Part shown: piece by piece, positions 53,223 to 63,378 of the stretch
Numbering within the stretch: position 1 is the first letter of the stretch
Layout of the letters: each line of letters begins with the position of its first letter
From: Nitrospirota bacterium
Lineage (GTDB): Bacteria > Nitrospirota > UBA9217
Direction: 5' to 3'
Assembly: GCA_963840455.1 (NCBI GenBank)
Contig: CAWIYV010000007.1
Span: 160,001 to 224,000 of the forward strand
DNA length: 64,000 nt
Notes under the pieces: generated by a model
The model's input: the letters and a program-made list of their open reading frames with translations, nothing else
What the model was told of the DNA's origin: nothing
Database searches by the model: none
Translations under genes and position numbers: made by a program

Positions 53223-54644
53223 CTACTGTCTCCTGTCTCCTGTTTCCAGCAGTAGAATCTTCACCGCTTCCACGATCTTCCCGATCTCCCTGTCGTTCAG
53301 CGTCCGGGGATCGAAGAGGACCATGCCTTCCTTGATGCGCGTGATGATCGCGTGCTTCCCGAGCCTGAGCCCGGACTCAAGCTTGTTCGCGCTCATGGTC
53401 GTGTGGCCGATCGCGACGACCTTCGTCGGCAGCTTGCCTGTTGGAAGCGCGCCGCCGCCTGTCTGGGACAGGTCGTCCTGAATGGCGACCGTAAGCCCGC
53501 CGTGGCCCAGTGACCTGATGCTCGTAGCGAGCAGGTCCGCCTTCCGCTCGATCTCCGTGAGTGGCTGGGTCAGCATCCAGAGCGTAGGGATCTCGCGTAT
53601 GGCCTTCTCTTCATCAAGGTACTGGGTCAGGGTCGCTTCGAGCGCAGCCAGGGTCATCTTGTCGATGCGCAGCGCGCGGGCAAGGGGGTTCGACCGGATG
53701 GGATCAAGGTACTGCTTCTTCCCCAGGACCATGCCTGCCTGGGGTCCGCCCAGGAGCTTGTCGCCGCTGAAGGTGAGGATGTCCACGCCGGCGTCCATGG
53801 CCTGCTTCACCGTCGGCTCGTCGCCCACGCCGTAGGAGGCCAGGTCGAGGAAGCTGCCGCTCCCGAGGTCCCACATCACCGGGACCTTGTGCTTCTTCCC
53901 CAGTTCGGCCAGCTCGGCAGGGGAGACCTCTTTGGTGAAGCCCACGATCTTGTAGTTGCTTGTGTGGACCTTGAGCAGCAGGCCCGTGTTCTCGTTGATG
54001 GCCTTCTGGTAATCCTTCAGGTGGGTCTTGTTCGTTGCGCCGACCTCGCGCAGGATGGCTCCGCTTCGCTCCATGACCTCAGGAACGCGGAACGAACCGC
54101 CGATCTCCACAAGTTCGCCGCGCGAGACCACGACCTCCCTGCCCCGTGCCAGGGTGTTCAGGCAGAGCAGGACCGCAGCCGCGTTATTGTTCACCGCTGT
54201 TGCCGCCTCGGCGCCGGTGAGCCGGGTCAGAATGCCCTCGATGTGAGTATACCGCTTGCCGCGCTCGCCTGCAGCGATGTCGTACTCGAGGTTGGAATAA
54301 CTGCGGTTCACCTCGATGATGCGCTCGATAGCGGCCTCGGAGAGAAGCGAGCGGCCGAGGTTGGTGTGCACCACCACGCCCGTGGCGTTGATGAGGGGAC
54401 GGAGGCTCGGCGAGGACAGTTCGGTGAGGATGCCTTCCGCGCTGTTCAAGACGGCCGGCACGGATAGGTCGATCTCCTGCGCGCCTTTTCCCGAATGCTC
54501 GAGCACCGCCTTGCGTTTTTTGTCCACTGCTGTCCTGAGCGCGTCGAGCACCAGGACGCGGGGATGCGTCCCGAGCCACGCCTTGACTCGGTCCTCTTTC
54601 AACAGTTCATCGACGGACGGCAGCTGCCGCAGGAGCTCTTTCAT
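53223..54644 (-). CDS. selA: L-seryl-tRNA(Sec) selenium transferase
   Basis: LRQLPSVDELL, INATGVVVHTNLGRS, VNNNAAAV, GELVEIGGSFR, FSGDKLLGGPQAG (PLP Lys). Confidence 0.96.
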   Translation of the reverse strand: MKELLRQLPSVDELLKEDRVKAWLGTHPRVLVLDALRTAVDKKRKAVLEHSGKGAQEIDLSVPAVLNSAEGILTELSSPSLRPLINATGVVVHTNLGRSLLSEAAIERIIEVNRSYSNLEYDIAAGERGKRYTHIEGILTRLTGAEAATAVNNNAAAVLLCLNTLARGREVVVSRGELVEIGGSFRVPEVMERSGAILREVGATNKTHLKDYQKAINENTGLLLKVHTSNYKIVGFTKEVSPAELAELGKKHKVPVMWDLGSGSFLDLASYGVGDEPTVKQAMDAGVDILTFSGDKLLGGPQAGMVLGKKQYLDPIRSNPLARALRIDKMTLAALEATLTQYLDEEKAIREIPTLWMLTQPLTEIERKADLLATSIRSLGHGGLTVAIQDDLSQTGGGALPTGKLPTKVVAIGHTTMSANKLESGLRLGKHAIITRIKEGMVLFDPRTLNDREIGKIVEAVKILLLETGDRRQ

Positions 54645-54808
54645 GGACAGTAACATAACATAGATGTCATTGAATATCAACAGCTTGATTGGTGCTTTTG
54701 CCGTGATCAGCGCGCTGCCGAGGACTTCTCTGTCCTTGACAGGGAAGGGAGGATGTGTCACCTTAACACCATTGTCATAAAGCGCGGACGAGAAGAAAGG
54801 AGCCTGCC

Positions 54809-55039
54809 ATGAAATGCTATGAATGCGCGAAAAAAGGGAAGAGCACGGATGCTGTCGCCCTCTGCATGGTTTGCGGCATGGGGCTGTGCATGGACCACGC
54901 CATCCGGGAGAACTTGCCGGTGATCGACATCATCGACTGGGGGTTCGGCAAGGAGGAGCACCGCTATCCTGTGGACATCCCCCGGTTCCTCTGCCGGGAG
55001 TGCAAGAACGCCGTGGACGAGAGAAGGAAACTGAAATAA
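54809..55039 (+). CDS. DUF2180-like Cys-rich small protein
   Basis: MKCYEC...AVALCMVCGMGLCMDH...LCREC; AAGGAG RBS. Confidence 0.7.
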   Translation: MKCYECAKKGKSTDAVALCMVCGMGLCMDHAIRENLPVIDIIDWGFGKEEHRYPVDIPRFLCRECKNAVDERRKLK

Positions 55040-55169
55040 CAGTGATTAAAGGAGCCATATCACCACAGCGGCCAAGCGGGTATCACGTGATGCTGATCTG
55101 ACGTATTACCGAACCTTATTCGTTTTCTTAGCGTCTCCCGCTTTTTGACAAATTTTTCATCGGTACCTT

Positions 55170-56189
55170 ATGCAGAGACGAGAATTCATAAAGACGCTGG
55201 CCCTGTCCGGTGCCGCAGTAACCGGATCTTCGCTCCTGGGCGAACTGTTCGTCCCTTTTGCCGAGGCTGCGGACATCCCGAAGTTCAGCTTCGCGCACAT
55301 CACGGATCTGCACCTGGAAGTAGGAGGGACGAGCACGTGGCTGCACCGGGAGAAGAGCGTCCCGCTGTTCATCGACACCCTGCGCCAGCTCGGGAGGCTC
55401 CAGAAACTGAAGTTCGTCATCTTCGGCGGCGACCAGGTCCAGGCCGGCCCGCGCGACCGGGCCTCCTTGTTCGTGTTCCAGGAATGGACGAAGCAGCTTG
55501 ATCTGCCGTATTACATCCTTCTCGGGAACATGGAAGTGTCACCTGTCCCCGGGGCGTCGAAGCTTTCCAAGGCGGACTACCTGCTGGCCTGGCGGGGGCG
55601 GGGGGTGGGCCCGGGGAGGTCCTCGTGGTCCTTCGAGCCGGAGAAAGGCGTCAGGATCATCGGTCTCGACGTGACCGTGGACGGGAAGCCCTACGGGGAG
55701 GCGGGCCCTGCGGCGCTCGCGTGGCTCAGGAACGAGCTGGAGACAAACCGGAAGGCGCGCCTCATCACAATCGTCACCCACCAGCTCCTGAATCCTACGA
55801 CGCAAAAGGACACAATGCCGGAATGGTCCCTCTGGATGGTGCGGAACCGGACCGCGGTGCAAGAACTCCTCGAGCAGTATCCGAACGTGAGGCTCGTCAT
55901 CTCGGGCCACCACCACGTGTCCCGGGTGGAGACGGTCGGGAACATCACCTATGTCGCCGATCCGGCGATCGTCACCTATCCCTGCGCCTTCAGGGTCTTC
56001 ACGATCAGCCGTGACGGCATCCATCTCAAGAATATCGGGCTTGACGAGACGGCCATGGTCAACAAGGCGCGTGAGCTCCTCGCGGCCGACCCCTACGCCC
56101 GCCTCTACGACCCCGACAACCCCCGGAACGTGCTTGCCTACAGCCTGGGCCTCACCGAGCAGGACCGAGAGACCACGATACCCCTGTGA
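55170..56189 (+). CDS. Tat-exported calcineurin-like metallophosphoesterase
   Basis: MQRREFIK twin-arginine signal; HITDLH, GGDQ, GNME, SGHHH. Confidence 0.82.
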   Translation: MQRREFIKTLALSGAAVTGSSLLGELFVPFAEAADIPKFSFAHITDLHLEVGGTSTWLHREKSVPLFIDTLRQLGRLQKLKFVIFGGDQVQAGPRDRASLFVFQEWTKQLDLPYYILLGNMEVSPVPGASKLSKADYLLAWRGRGVGPGRSSWSFEPEKGVRIIGLDVTVDGKPYGEAGPAALAWLRNELETNRKARLITIVTHQLLNPTTQKDTMPEWSLWMVRNRTAVQELLEQYPNVRLVISGHHHVSRVETVGNITYVADPAIVTYPCAFRVFTISRDGIHLKNIGLDETAMVNKARELLAADPYARLYDPDNPRNVLAYSLGLTEQDRETTIPL

Positions 56190-56277
56190 GGAGCGGACGC
56201 GGAGACTCGGGGACAGGGAGAAAAACTCGACAAGGGGACAGGGGACAGGAAGACAAATCATTGCGGATTGCGGAAGA

Positions 56278-58431
56278 TTATTCTTCGATCAGGGAAAAAT
56301 CGATCTTCTTTCGCTCACGGTCAACGCGGTCCACACGGACACGCACGCTGTCGCCGATGCGGTAGACGCGCTTCCGGCGCTCTCCCCGCAGGCAGTGGCG
56401 GTTCTCGATGTAGTGGTAGTAGTCGCCCGTGAGGGTCGAGACATGGACGAGGCCCTCGACGAACAGGTCCCGGAGCTGCACGAAGAACCCGAACTGGGTG
56501 ACGCCGGTGATGATGCCGTCATAGGTCTCGCCCAGCTTGTCCTCCATGAAACGGACCTTCAGCATGGCGACCACGTCCCGTTCTGCCTCCATGGCAAGGC
56601 GCTCGCGCTGGGAACAGTGGACGGCTGACGCGGGCAGCCCTGCGGCCAGTTCCTCCCGCGCCTCCTCGCTGCGGTATTTTCCCCGGATCACACCCTTCAC
56701 GATGCGGTGCACGATGAGGTCCGGGTAGCGCCGGATCGGCGACGTGAAGTGGGTGTAGGTTTCGGCGGCCAGCCCGAAATGCCCGATGTTCTCCTCCGAA
56801 TACCTCGCCTGCTTCATGGTGCGGAGCACCACAGTGTTCACCAGGGCCTCCTCGGGAGAATCCCGCACCGAGGCGATGGCCTTCTGGATGTTGCGGGGCT
56901 TGAGCTTTCCCGCGGGCGGGAGGGCGATCCCGATGGTGGCCAGAAAGTCGACCAGGTCCGCCAGCTTCTCCTCTGCCGGCTCCTCGTGGACGCGGTAGAT
57001 CAGCGGCACCTCCAGCTTCTCGAGGTGGCCTGCCACGGTCTCGTTTGCCGCGAGCATGAACTCCTCGACGAGCTGGTGCGCCATGTTGCGCTCCGCGCGG
57101 ACGATGTCCGTCATCTGGCCCTGGAGGTCCATGATGATCTCGGGCTCGGGCAGGTCGAAGTCGATGCTGCCGCGCTTGGAGCGCTTCGCTCTGAGGACCT
57201 CCATGAGCTCGGCCATGAGCTCGAACTGGTGGAGGAGGGGCTCGTACCGCTTCCGCATCTGCTGGTCCCGGTCCACAAGGATCTGGCGGACGGCCGTGTA
57301 GGTCATGCGCTCGTTGCTGTTGATGATGCTCTCGTAGAGGTCGTGACGCACCATGGCGCCATTCGCATCGAAGTCCATCTCCGCCGTCAAGGTGAGCCGG
57401 TCGACCTGCGGGTTCAGGCTGCAAATGCCGTTCGAGAGCTGCTCCGGCAGCATGGGAATGGCGCGGTCGGGAAGATAGACGCTGGTGGCACGCGCGTAGG
57501 CCTCCTGGTCGAGCAGAGAGCCTTCCCGCACATACTGGGCCACATCGGCGATATGGACCCAGAGGCGCCAGCCTCCGCGGTACTGTTCGATGGAGACGGC
57601 GTCGTCGAAGTCCCTGGCCTTCTCGCCATCGATGGTGACCGTAGGGAGGTCGCGCAGGTCGCGGCGGCCCTTCCGCATGGCGGCGGAGACTTCCTGGGGG
57701 ATGGCCTTTGCCTCGGCCAGGGACGCCGGCGTAAACGCCACCGGCAGCTCGTGCTCCTCGATGATGAGGTCGGACTCGATGCCGGGATCTCCCGGCCGCC
57801 CGATGATGCGGGTGATCCTGCCCTCGGCCGGCCGGCCGCGGTCGGGGTAGGTGACGATCTCTGCGGAGACCAGGTCTCCCGGCTTGGCCCCGCCAGCGTT
57901 CCCCGTACCCACAACGAGGTTCTGCGTGATCCGCTGGTTGGTGGGCGCCACGAACCCGATCACGCCGCCTTTCGTCACGCCCGGCTCGTAGGTGCCCACG
58001 ATCCTCGTGTGGGCGCGCTCAAGGACCTGGATGATGACGCCTTCGCGCTTCCCCGACGCCTTCCTCCTGCCCGAGGGCGGCGATACCCGTACGGTCACCG
58101 TGTCGCCGTCCATGGCGTCCAGGCGCCCTGCAGCAGGAACATAGACGTCCGTTTTGCCCTTGATCCCCGGCATGACGAACCCGAATCCCGAGGGATGGGC
58201 CTGGAAGAGGCCCTGCTCGATGTCCATCTTCGCGGCCTTGCCGGCTATGCCGTAGCGGTTCCCGCGCGACTTCACGATATGGCCTTCGGCTACAAGCCCG
58301 GCGAGCATGAGCTTGAGGTCATGCCGGTCCTCGGCCTTGAGCTTGAGCTGGCGCATGATCTCGCGCACCAGGAGCGGCCTGCCGGGGCGGGTCTTGAAGA
58401 AGGTGATGAAGTCTTTTTTCGTTGGTTTCAT
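56278..58431 (-). CDS. rnr: Ribonuclease R
   Basis: TIDGEKARDFDDA, HIADV, LVEEFMLAAN, YTHFTSPIRRYPDLIVHR, C-terminal S1 domain. Confidence 0.95.
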   Translation of the reverse strand: MKPTKKDFITFFKTRPGRPLLVREIMRQLKLKAEDRHDLKLMLAGLVAEGHIVKSRGNRYGIAGKAAKMDIEQGLFQAHPSGFGFVMPGIKGKTDVYVPAAGRLDAMDGDTVTVRVSPPSGRRKASGKREGVIIQVLERAHTRIVGTYEPGVTKGGVIGFVAPTNQRITQNLVVGTGNAGGAKPGDLVSAEIVTYPDRGRPAEGRITRIIGRPGDPGIESDLIIEEHELPVAFTPASLAEAKAIPQEVSAAMRKGRRDLRDLPTVTIDGEKARDFDDAVSIEQYRGGWRLWVHIADVAQYVREGSLLDQEAYARATSVYLPDRAIPMLPEQLSNGICSLNPQVDRLTLTAEMDFDANGAMVRHDLYESIINSNERMTYTAVRQILVDRDQQMRKRYEPLLHQFELMAELMEVLRAKRSKRGSIDFDLPEPEIIMDLQGQMTDIVRAERNMAHQLVEEFMLAANETVAGHLEKLEVPLIYRVHEEPAEEKLADLVDFLATIGIALPPAGKLKPRNIQKAIASVRDSPEEALVNTVVLRTMKQARYSEENIGHFGLAAETYTHFTSPIRRYPDLIVHRIVKGVIRGKYRSEEAREELAAGLPASAVHCSQRERLAMEAERDVVAMLKVRFMEDKLGETYDGIITGVTQFGFFVQLRDLFVEGLVHVSTLTGDYYHYIENRHCLRGERRKRVYRIGDSVRVRVDRVDRERKKIDFSLIEE

Positions 58432-58548
58432 AGAGTAATGTATTACCGCCAGAACGCGAAGGACGCTCGGGAACCTCTTTCTCCAGATTTGATGAGGCAG
58501 TCCCCGCGCTCTTCGGACCTTCGCGGTTCAAGGATTTTTTTTCTGATC

Positions 58549-58944
58549 TCAGATCTTCAGCAGTTTTCCTTTCGCTTCCGCCACAACGATCAGGCCTTTC
58601 GAGACGATCGCTTCAGCCTCGATGAGCCTGCTGGCCTCCTTCACGATCTTTCCCGTGATAGCAAGCTCTTCTCCCGGAGCAGCCGGGGCCTTGAACTTCA
58701 CCGTGATCTCGGCACTGACCGCGTGAATGCCGAGGTGCGCCGCGAGCTTGACCATGGCCTCGTCGAGCAGGGCCGCCACGATGCCTCCGTGCACGATGCC
58801 CTGCCATCCCTCATGCTCCTGCCTCGGGGTGAACCGGCCAATGATGGTCCGGGTGTTCTTGTCGACCTCGAATACGGCCTGGAGCCCCGCGGGATTGTCC
58901 TTCCCGCAGACGTAGCAGCGCTGGTTGTCACGAAGTTCTTTCAT
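58549..58944 (-). CDS. PaaI-family hotdog thioesterase
   Basis: CYVCGKDNPAGL, HEGWQGIVHGGIVAALLDEAM. Confidence 0.85.
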   Translation of the reverse strand: MKELRDNQRCYVCGKDNPAGLQAVFEVDKNTRTIIGRFTPRQEHEGWQGIVHGGIVAALLDEAMVKLAAHLGIHAVSAEITVKFKAPAAPGEELAITGKIVKEASRLIEAEAIVSKGLIVVAEAKGKLLKI

Positions 58945-59124
58945 GCATGAGGAGGAGCAGCCATAGTGACCCCTGGCCCGCGAGATCGGGCCCATGGTTT
59001 AATTCTCCGGCGGGAGCACGGTTCAAGGACCATACGTCACCATGAGTCCCGACCACATAGTGATCAGTGGTTATACACTCTTCCTTCCTTGTTTCCGCAA
59101 CCGCTTGTCAGTATAATATAAAAA

Positions 59125-62100
59125 ATGACCAATAACAACGAAATATCGATGGATCCCGCTGTCCTTTCCGCGGCAGGCATCCAGGACGCGGTCCAGGCGC
59201 TCAGGAACCTGGAACTGGTCCGGAAGCGGCTGGGCCCCGACGCCTTTGCAGCGCTCCTTCCTTCGCTCCTGCTTTCTCTCAAGCGGAGCGGTGACCCGGA
59301 CATGGCGCTGAACCATCTCGAGCGGTTCCTGAACGAGTTCGAGCCAGTGTCGCAGTTCGTTCAAGAGGTGAGGACGAGGCCGGCCGTGCTCACGGACCTG
59401 ATCGTGCTCTTCGGGGCAAGCAGGTTCCTCGCCTCCCATTGCATCGCAACAGCGTCATCGACCTTCCCGCTCCTGTGCCATCCCGCCTACCTCGCTCATC
59501 CTGCTGACAAAGAGCTCCTCGCTGGCCGGCTTGCCGCAATGCTGCAGGGACTCACGAGAGAGGAGGACCTTTTCCGCAGGCTGAGGCTGTTCCGGAAGCA
59601 GGAGATGCTCCGCATCGGGCTGCGGGACCTCCTGGTCATGGCGGACCTGACCGAGACCGTGGCAGAGCTGTCGAACCTGGCAGAGGTCTGCCTGCAGGCC
59701 GCGTACGAGCGGGCGAACGCCGAGCTCCGCAGCAGGTTCGGAGCCCCACTCATTCAGAGCGAGGACGGATCCACGCGGACCGCCGGATTTGCGGTCATCG
59801 GCATGGGCAAGCTGGGCGGCAAGGAGCTCAATTTCAGCTCGGACATCGACCTCATGTACGTCTATACCGCCGACGGAGAGACCGGGGGCGTTCCCGGACC
59901 GGACGGAGCCCCGGCGAACCGCATCTCGAACCACCAGTACTTCATCAAGCTGGCGGAGAAGCTGAACGCTGCCATTGGCCAGAACACTGACGATGGGTTC
60001 GTGTTCCGCGTGGACCTCCGGCTCCGGCCCGAAGGCCAGCGCGGCCCCCTGGCGCAGAGTCTCGGCGGTTACGAGATCTACTATGAGTCCTGGGGCCAGG
60101 TCTGGGAGCGCTCGGCGCTCATCAAGGCCCGCCCCGTAGCGGGAGACGAGGCGGTGGGACGGGAGTTCCTGGAGCGCATCACGCCCTTTGTGTACCGGAA
60201 ATACCTTGACTTCGGTGCTATCGTCGAGATCCGCGAGATGAAGCAGAAGATCAACCGGGACGTGGAGCAGAAGGGAAAGACGCACCGCGACGTGAAGCTG
60301 GGATACGGCGGCATCCGTGAGATAGAGTTCCTGGTCCAGGCGCTCCAGCTCATTTACGGCGGCCGGGACCGGGGACTTCGAGAACGGAACACCGTCATAG
60401 CGCTCCATACGCTCGCGCAAAAGGGTCTGCTGACATACCAGGAGATCGCGGAGCTGTCGAAGGCCTACGCTTTCCTCAGGACCGTTGAGCACCGCATCCA
60501 GATCCTGAACGACCTCCAGACCCAGACACTGCCCGCGGGGGATGCCGAGCTGCGCGCCCTTGCGCGGCGGACGGGATACCACGAGCCGGGCAGGGAAGCT
60601 GAGGCGCTGTTGAGCGACTATGCTGCACATGCGCACCGGGTGCGCAGCATCTACGACAAGCTGCTGAGCCAGTCCGACCAGGCGCGGGACGAGGAGCGGC
60701 AGCAGCCGGTATTCTCTGCGCTCCTCGGGCCGGAGATCAGCGAACAGGAGGCGGTCGACATCCTTGGCCGCTATGGGTTCCGCGACCCTTCCCGGGCGTT
60801 CCGGAACATCGTCCTGCTCCGGGAAGGGCAGGCCTTCGTGCACCAGACCCCGCGCAGCAGGCGGGTGTTCAACGAGATGTTCCCGTTGCTGTTCGAGGAG
60901 TTCGCAGCGTCGCCTGACCCCGACATGGCGTTGAACTACTTTGAGTCCTACCTCGCGTCGCAGGGCTCGTGGGACGCCTTCCAGGCGTTCATGCGGCAGG
61001 ACGTGCGGGCGCTGAAGGTCCTGGTCTCCGTCTTCGGGAACAGCGAATACTTTTCCCGCATGCTCGTCCGAAGCCCGGCCCTGCTGGAGGACCTGATGGA
61101 CGCAAGCCGCGAGATCGGGCTCGGCTCATCGGCCTTCCTGGAGCATGGACTCAACACCGCACTCGGCAAGACCGCGACCATCACCGACAAACTGGACGTC
61201 CTCCGGCGGTTCAAGCACCGCGAGGAGCTGCGCATCGGCATGGCCGATCTCATGGGCGCGATCCCGTTGCCGACCATCTGCAGAAGCCTGTCGCGGCTTG
61301 CCGATGCCTGTCTCGGTGCGGTGCTCGACCTTGCGGCACACGAGACCGCGAAGCGGTGCGGTGTTGACGGAAGCTGCGGAGGCCTTGCCGTCATCGGCGC
61401 GGGCAAGTTGGGCGGCAGAGAGCTCATCTACGGTTCCGACCTCGATATCCTGTTCGTGTACGATGAAGTGCGCGCGTCAGCACCGCCGCCGGGTATGACG
61501 GTGTTCGAATATTTCAGTAAGATGGCCGAGCGGACCATCTCCTACCTTACGACCATGACCCGCGAGGGATTCGCGTACCGCGTGGACACGAGGCTCCGCC
61601 CCTCGGGGTCCAAGGGACCGCTGGTCCAGAGCCTTTCGGCGTTCAAGGCCTATTTTTCCTCCCAAGCAGAGACCTGGGAGCGGCAGTCACTGGTGAACTC
61701 ACGGTGCGTCGCAGGCGACCGGAGCGTGGGAAGGGACCTCCTGGACACGCTGCAGGGCCTGATCTACCGGGACGACGACCCCGCCGGACTGGCCGCCGAG
61801 GTCAGGGCAATGCGGAAACGAATGCAGGAGGAGCGGGGCAGGGAGGATGCAGCGCAATACAACATCAAGCAGGGGACCGGCGGGCTGGTGGACATCGAGT
61901 TCCTGGCACAATACCTCCAGCTCAGACACGGGAAGAAGCATGCCTGGGTCAGGCTGCCCGGGACGATCAACGCGCTGCGGGCGCTCCGGAAAGAAGGTCT
62001 CCTGTCTCGGGAGGACCACCGCCTTCTGTGCGATGCCTATCTTTTTTTGCGCCGCCTCGAGAGCCGTCTCCGTATCGTAGCGAACCAGTCCACGAGCTTT

Positions 62101-62247
62101 CTTGCTCGCGACCCGGACAGGCTCCGGACCCTTGCGAAGCGGATGGGCTACGACGACAGCGACGGGTTCGCAGGGAAGAAGCTTCTTGCCGAATACGAAC
62201 GGACTCGCGCCAGGGTGCGGGGGATGTTCGATCGGATCCTGGCATGA
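59125..62247 (+). CDS. glnE: Bifunctional glutamine synthetase adenylyltransferase/adenylyl-removing enzyme
   Basis: Two NT domains: GMGKLGGKELNFSSDIDL..RVDLRLRPEG and GAGKLGGRELIYGSDLDI..RVDTRLRPSG; GGIREIEF / GGLVDIEF. Confidence 0.95.
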   Translation: MTNNNEISMDPAVLSAAGIQDAVQALRNLELVRKRLGPDAFAALLPSLLLSLKRSGDPDMALNHLERFLNEFEPVSQFVQEVRTRPAVLTDLIVLFGASRFLASHCIATASSTFPLLCHPAYLAHPADKELLAGRLAAMLQGLTREEDLFRRLRLFRKQEMLRIGLRDLLVMADLTETVAELSNLAEVCLQAAYERANAELRSRFGAPLIQSEDGSTRTAGFAVIGMGKLGGKELNFSSDIDLMYVYTADGETGGVPGPDGAPANRISNHQYFIKLAEKLNAAIGQNTDDGFVFRVDLRLRPEGQRGPLAQSLGGYEIYYESWGQVWERSALIKARPVAGDEAVGREFLERITPFVYRKYLDFGAIVEIREMKQKINRDVEQKGKTHRDVKLGYGGIREIEFLVQALQLIYGGRDRGLRERNTVIALHTLAQKGLLTYQEIAELSKAYAFLRTVEHRIQILNDLQTQTLPAGDAELRALARRTGYHEPGREAEALLSDYAAHAHRVRSIYDKLLSQSDQARDEERQQPVFSALLGPEISEQEAVDILGRYGFRDPSRAFRNIVLLREGQAFVHQTPRSRRVFNEMFPLLFEEFAASPDPDMALNYFESYLASQGSWDAFQAFMRQDVRALKVLVSVFGNSEYFSRMLVRSPALLEDLMDASREIGLGSSAFLEHGLNTALGKTATITDKLDVLRRFKHREELRIGMADLMGAIPLPTICRSLSRLADACLGAVLDLAAHETAKRCGVDGSCGGLAVIGAGKLGGRELIYGSDLDILFVYDEVRASAPPPGMTVFEYFSKMAERTISYLTTMTREGFAYRVDTRLRPSGSKGPLVQSLSAFKAYFSSQAETWERQSLVNSRCVAGDRSVGRDLLDTLQGLIYRDDDPAGLAAEVRAMRKRMQEERGREDAAQYNIKQGTGGLVDIEFLAQYLQLRHGKKHAWVRLPGTINALRALRKEGLLSREDHRLLCDAYLFLRRLESRLRIVANQSTSFLARDPDRLRTLAKRMGYDDSDGFAGKKLLAEYERTRARVRGMFDRILA

Positions 62248-62280
62248 TGCATTGCCATATACCGCTTGAACGATCTTTCA

Positions 62281-62320
62281 AAAAAAAGGGACAGGCGAGG
62301 TAATGCCTGTCCCTCTTTTG
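62281..62320. terminator. Terminator after glnE (possibly bidirectional)
   Basis: AAAAAAAGGGACAGGC-GAGGTAAT-GCCTGTCCCTCTTTT. Confidence 0.7.
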
Positions 62321-62466
62321 CTGCCATTCGAGAACTCCTGCTCTAGCCAAGAAGTAAAAATGAGTCAAGGCACCGTGACGAGAAAAGACCTGCTTCGGCT
62401 TTTACCCTCCCAACTTGTCTCTTGACTCTGCACGGCCAGGTACGTTAGACTCACGCTCAAATTATT

Positions 62467-63378
62467 ATGGCTCGCCTTCATCTGCTCCCAACTTGGCATC
62501 CCGCCTACTGGCCTACCTGGCTGGGACTCGGTGTTATGCGGATCGTCTCCCTTCTGCCGATGCCCCTCATTTGGGCAGTGGGTAATATCCTCGGCGCCTT
62601 TATCCATCTATTCCCCTCAAAGATCAAGAGAGTGGCCCTGATCAATATCGGCCTTTGTTTTCCAGAGCTCGATAAGAAAGGTCAGCAGCGGCTTGTTCGT
62701 CGTCACTTCCGCTCCCTCGGCGTCTCGATCTTGTCCTATGGTCTAGGTTGGTGGTCGTCGCCGGCCCGCCTTCACCGGCTGGTGAGGTTTCGCGATCGGC
62801 ACCACTATGACAACGCCATTGCCGCGGGAAGGAGAATCATCCTGCTCACGCCCCATTTCATTGCGTTTGACGTCTGCGGTATCTGTCTGGGTAGTGAAAG
62901 ACCGATGATCACCATGTACCGCGAGTCGCGGAACAGGCTGCTCGACCGCATGCTCAGGAAGCGTTCACGGTTCGCTGGGGTGCTCTTCGAGCGGAAATCC
63001 AACCTCAAGGCCCTCATCCGGTACCTCAGGGAAGGCAGGCCGTTCTATTATCTGCCTGACCAGGACCCGGGCGGCGCGGAAGGGATATTTGTGCCGTTCT
63101 TCGGCGTTCCCGCCGCTACGGTCACTGCCTTCAGCCGCATCGCCAAGATGACGGATGCCGCGGTCATTCCCTGTTACAATCGCGTTTTGCCCTGGGGCAG
63201 GGGATTCGAGGTGCGTTTTGAAGAACCGCTTCGGAACTTTCCTACCGACGACCCGGAAAAGGACGCACGGCGCATGAACGAGGAGATCGAGAAGGCCATC
63301 CGACGAAATCCGGAGCAATACCTTTGGGGCTACCGCCGCTTCAAGACCCGTCCCGAAGGCAGTCCGCCGGTCTATTGA
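62467..63378 (+). CDS. Lipid A late acyltransferase (LpxL/HtrB family)
   Basis: WHPAYWPTWLG, H(X)4D in PHFIAFD, YLPDQD, FVPFFG, PEQYLWGYRRFKTRP. Confidence 0.9.
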   Translation: MARLHLLPTWHPAYWPTWLGLGVMRIVSLLPMPLIWAVGNILGAFIHLFPSKIKRVALINIGLCFPELDKKGQQRLVRRHFRSLGVSILSYGLGWWSSPARLHRLVRFRDRHHYDNAIAAGRRIILLTPHFIAFDVCGICLGSERPMITMYRESRNRLLDRMLRKRSRFAGVLFERKSNLKALIRYLREGRPFYYLPDQDPGGAEGIFVPFFGVPAATVTAFSRIAKMTDAAVIPCYNRVLPWGRGFEVRFEEPLRNFPTDDPEKDARRMNEEIEKAIRRNPEQYLWGYRRFKTRPEGSPPVY

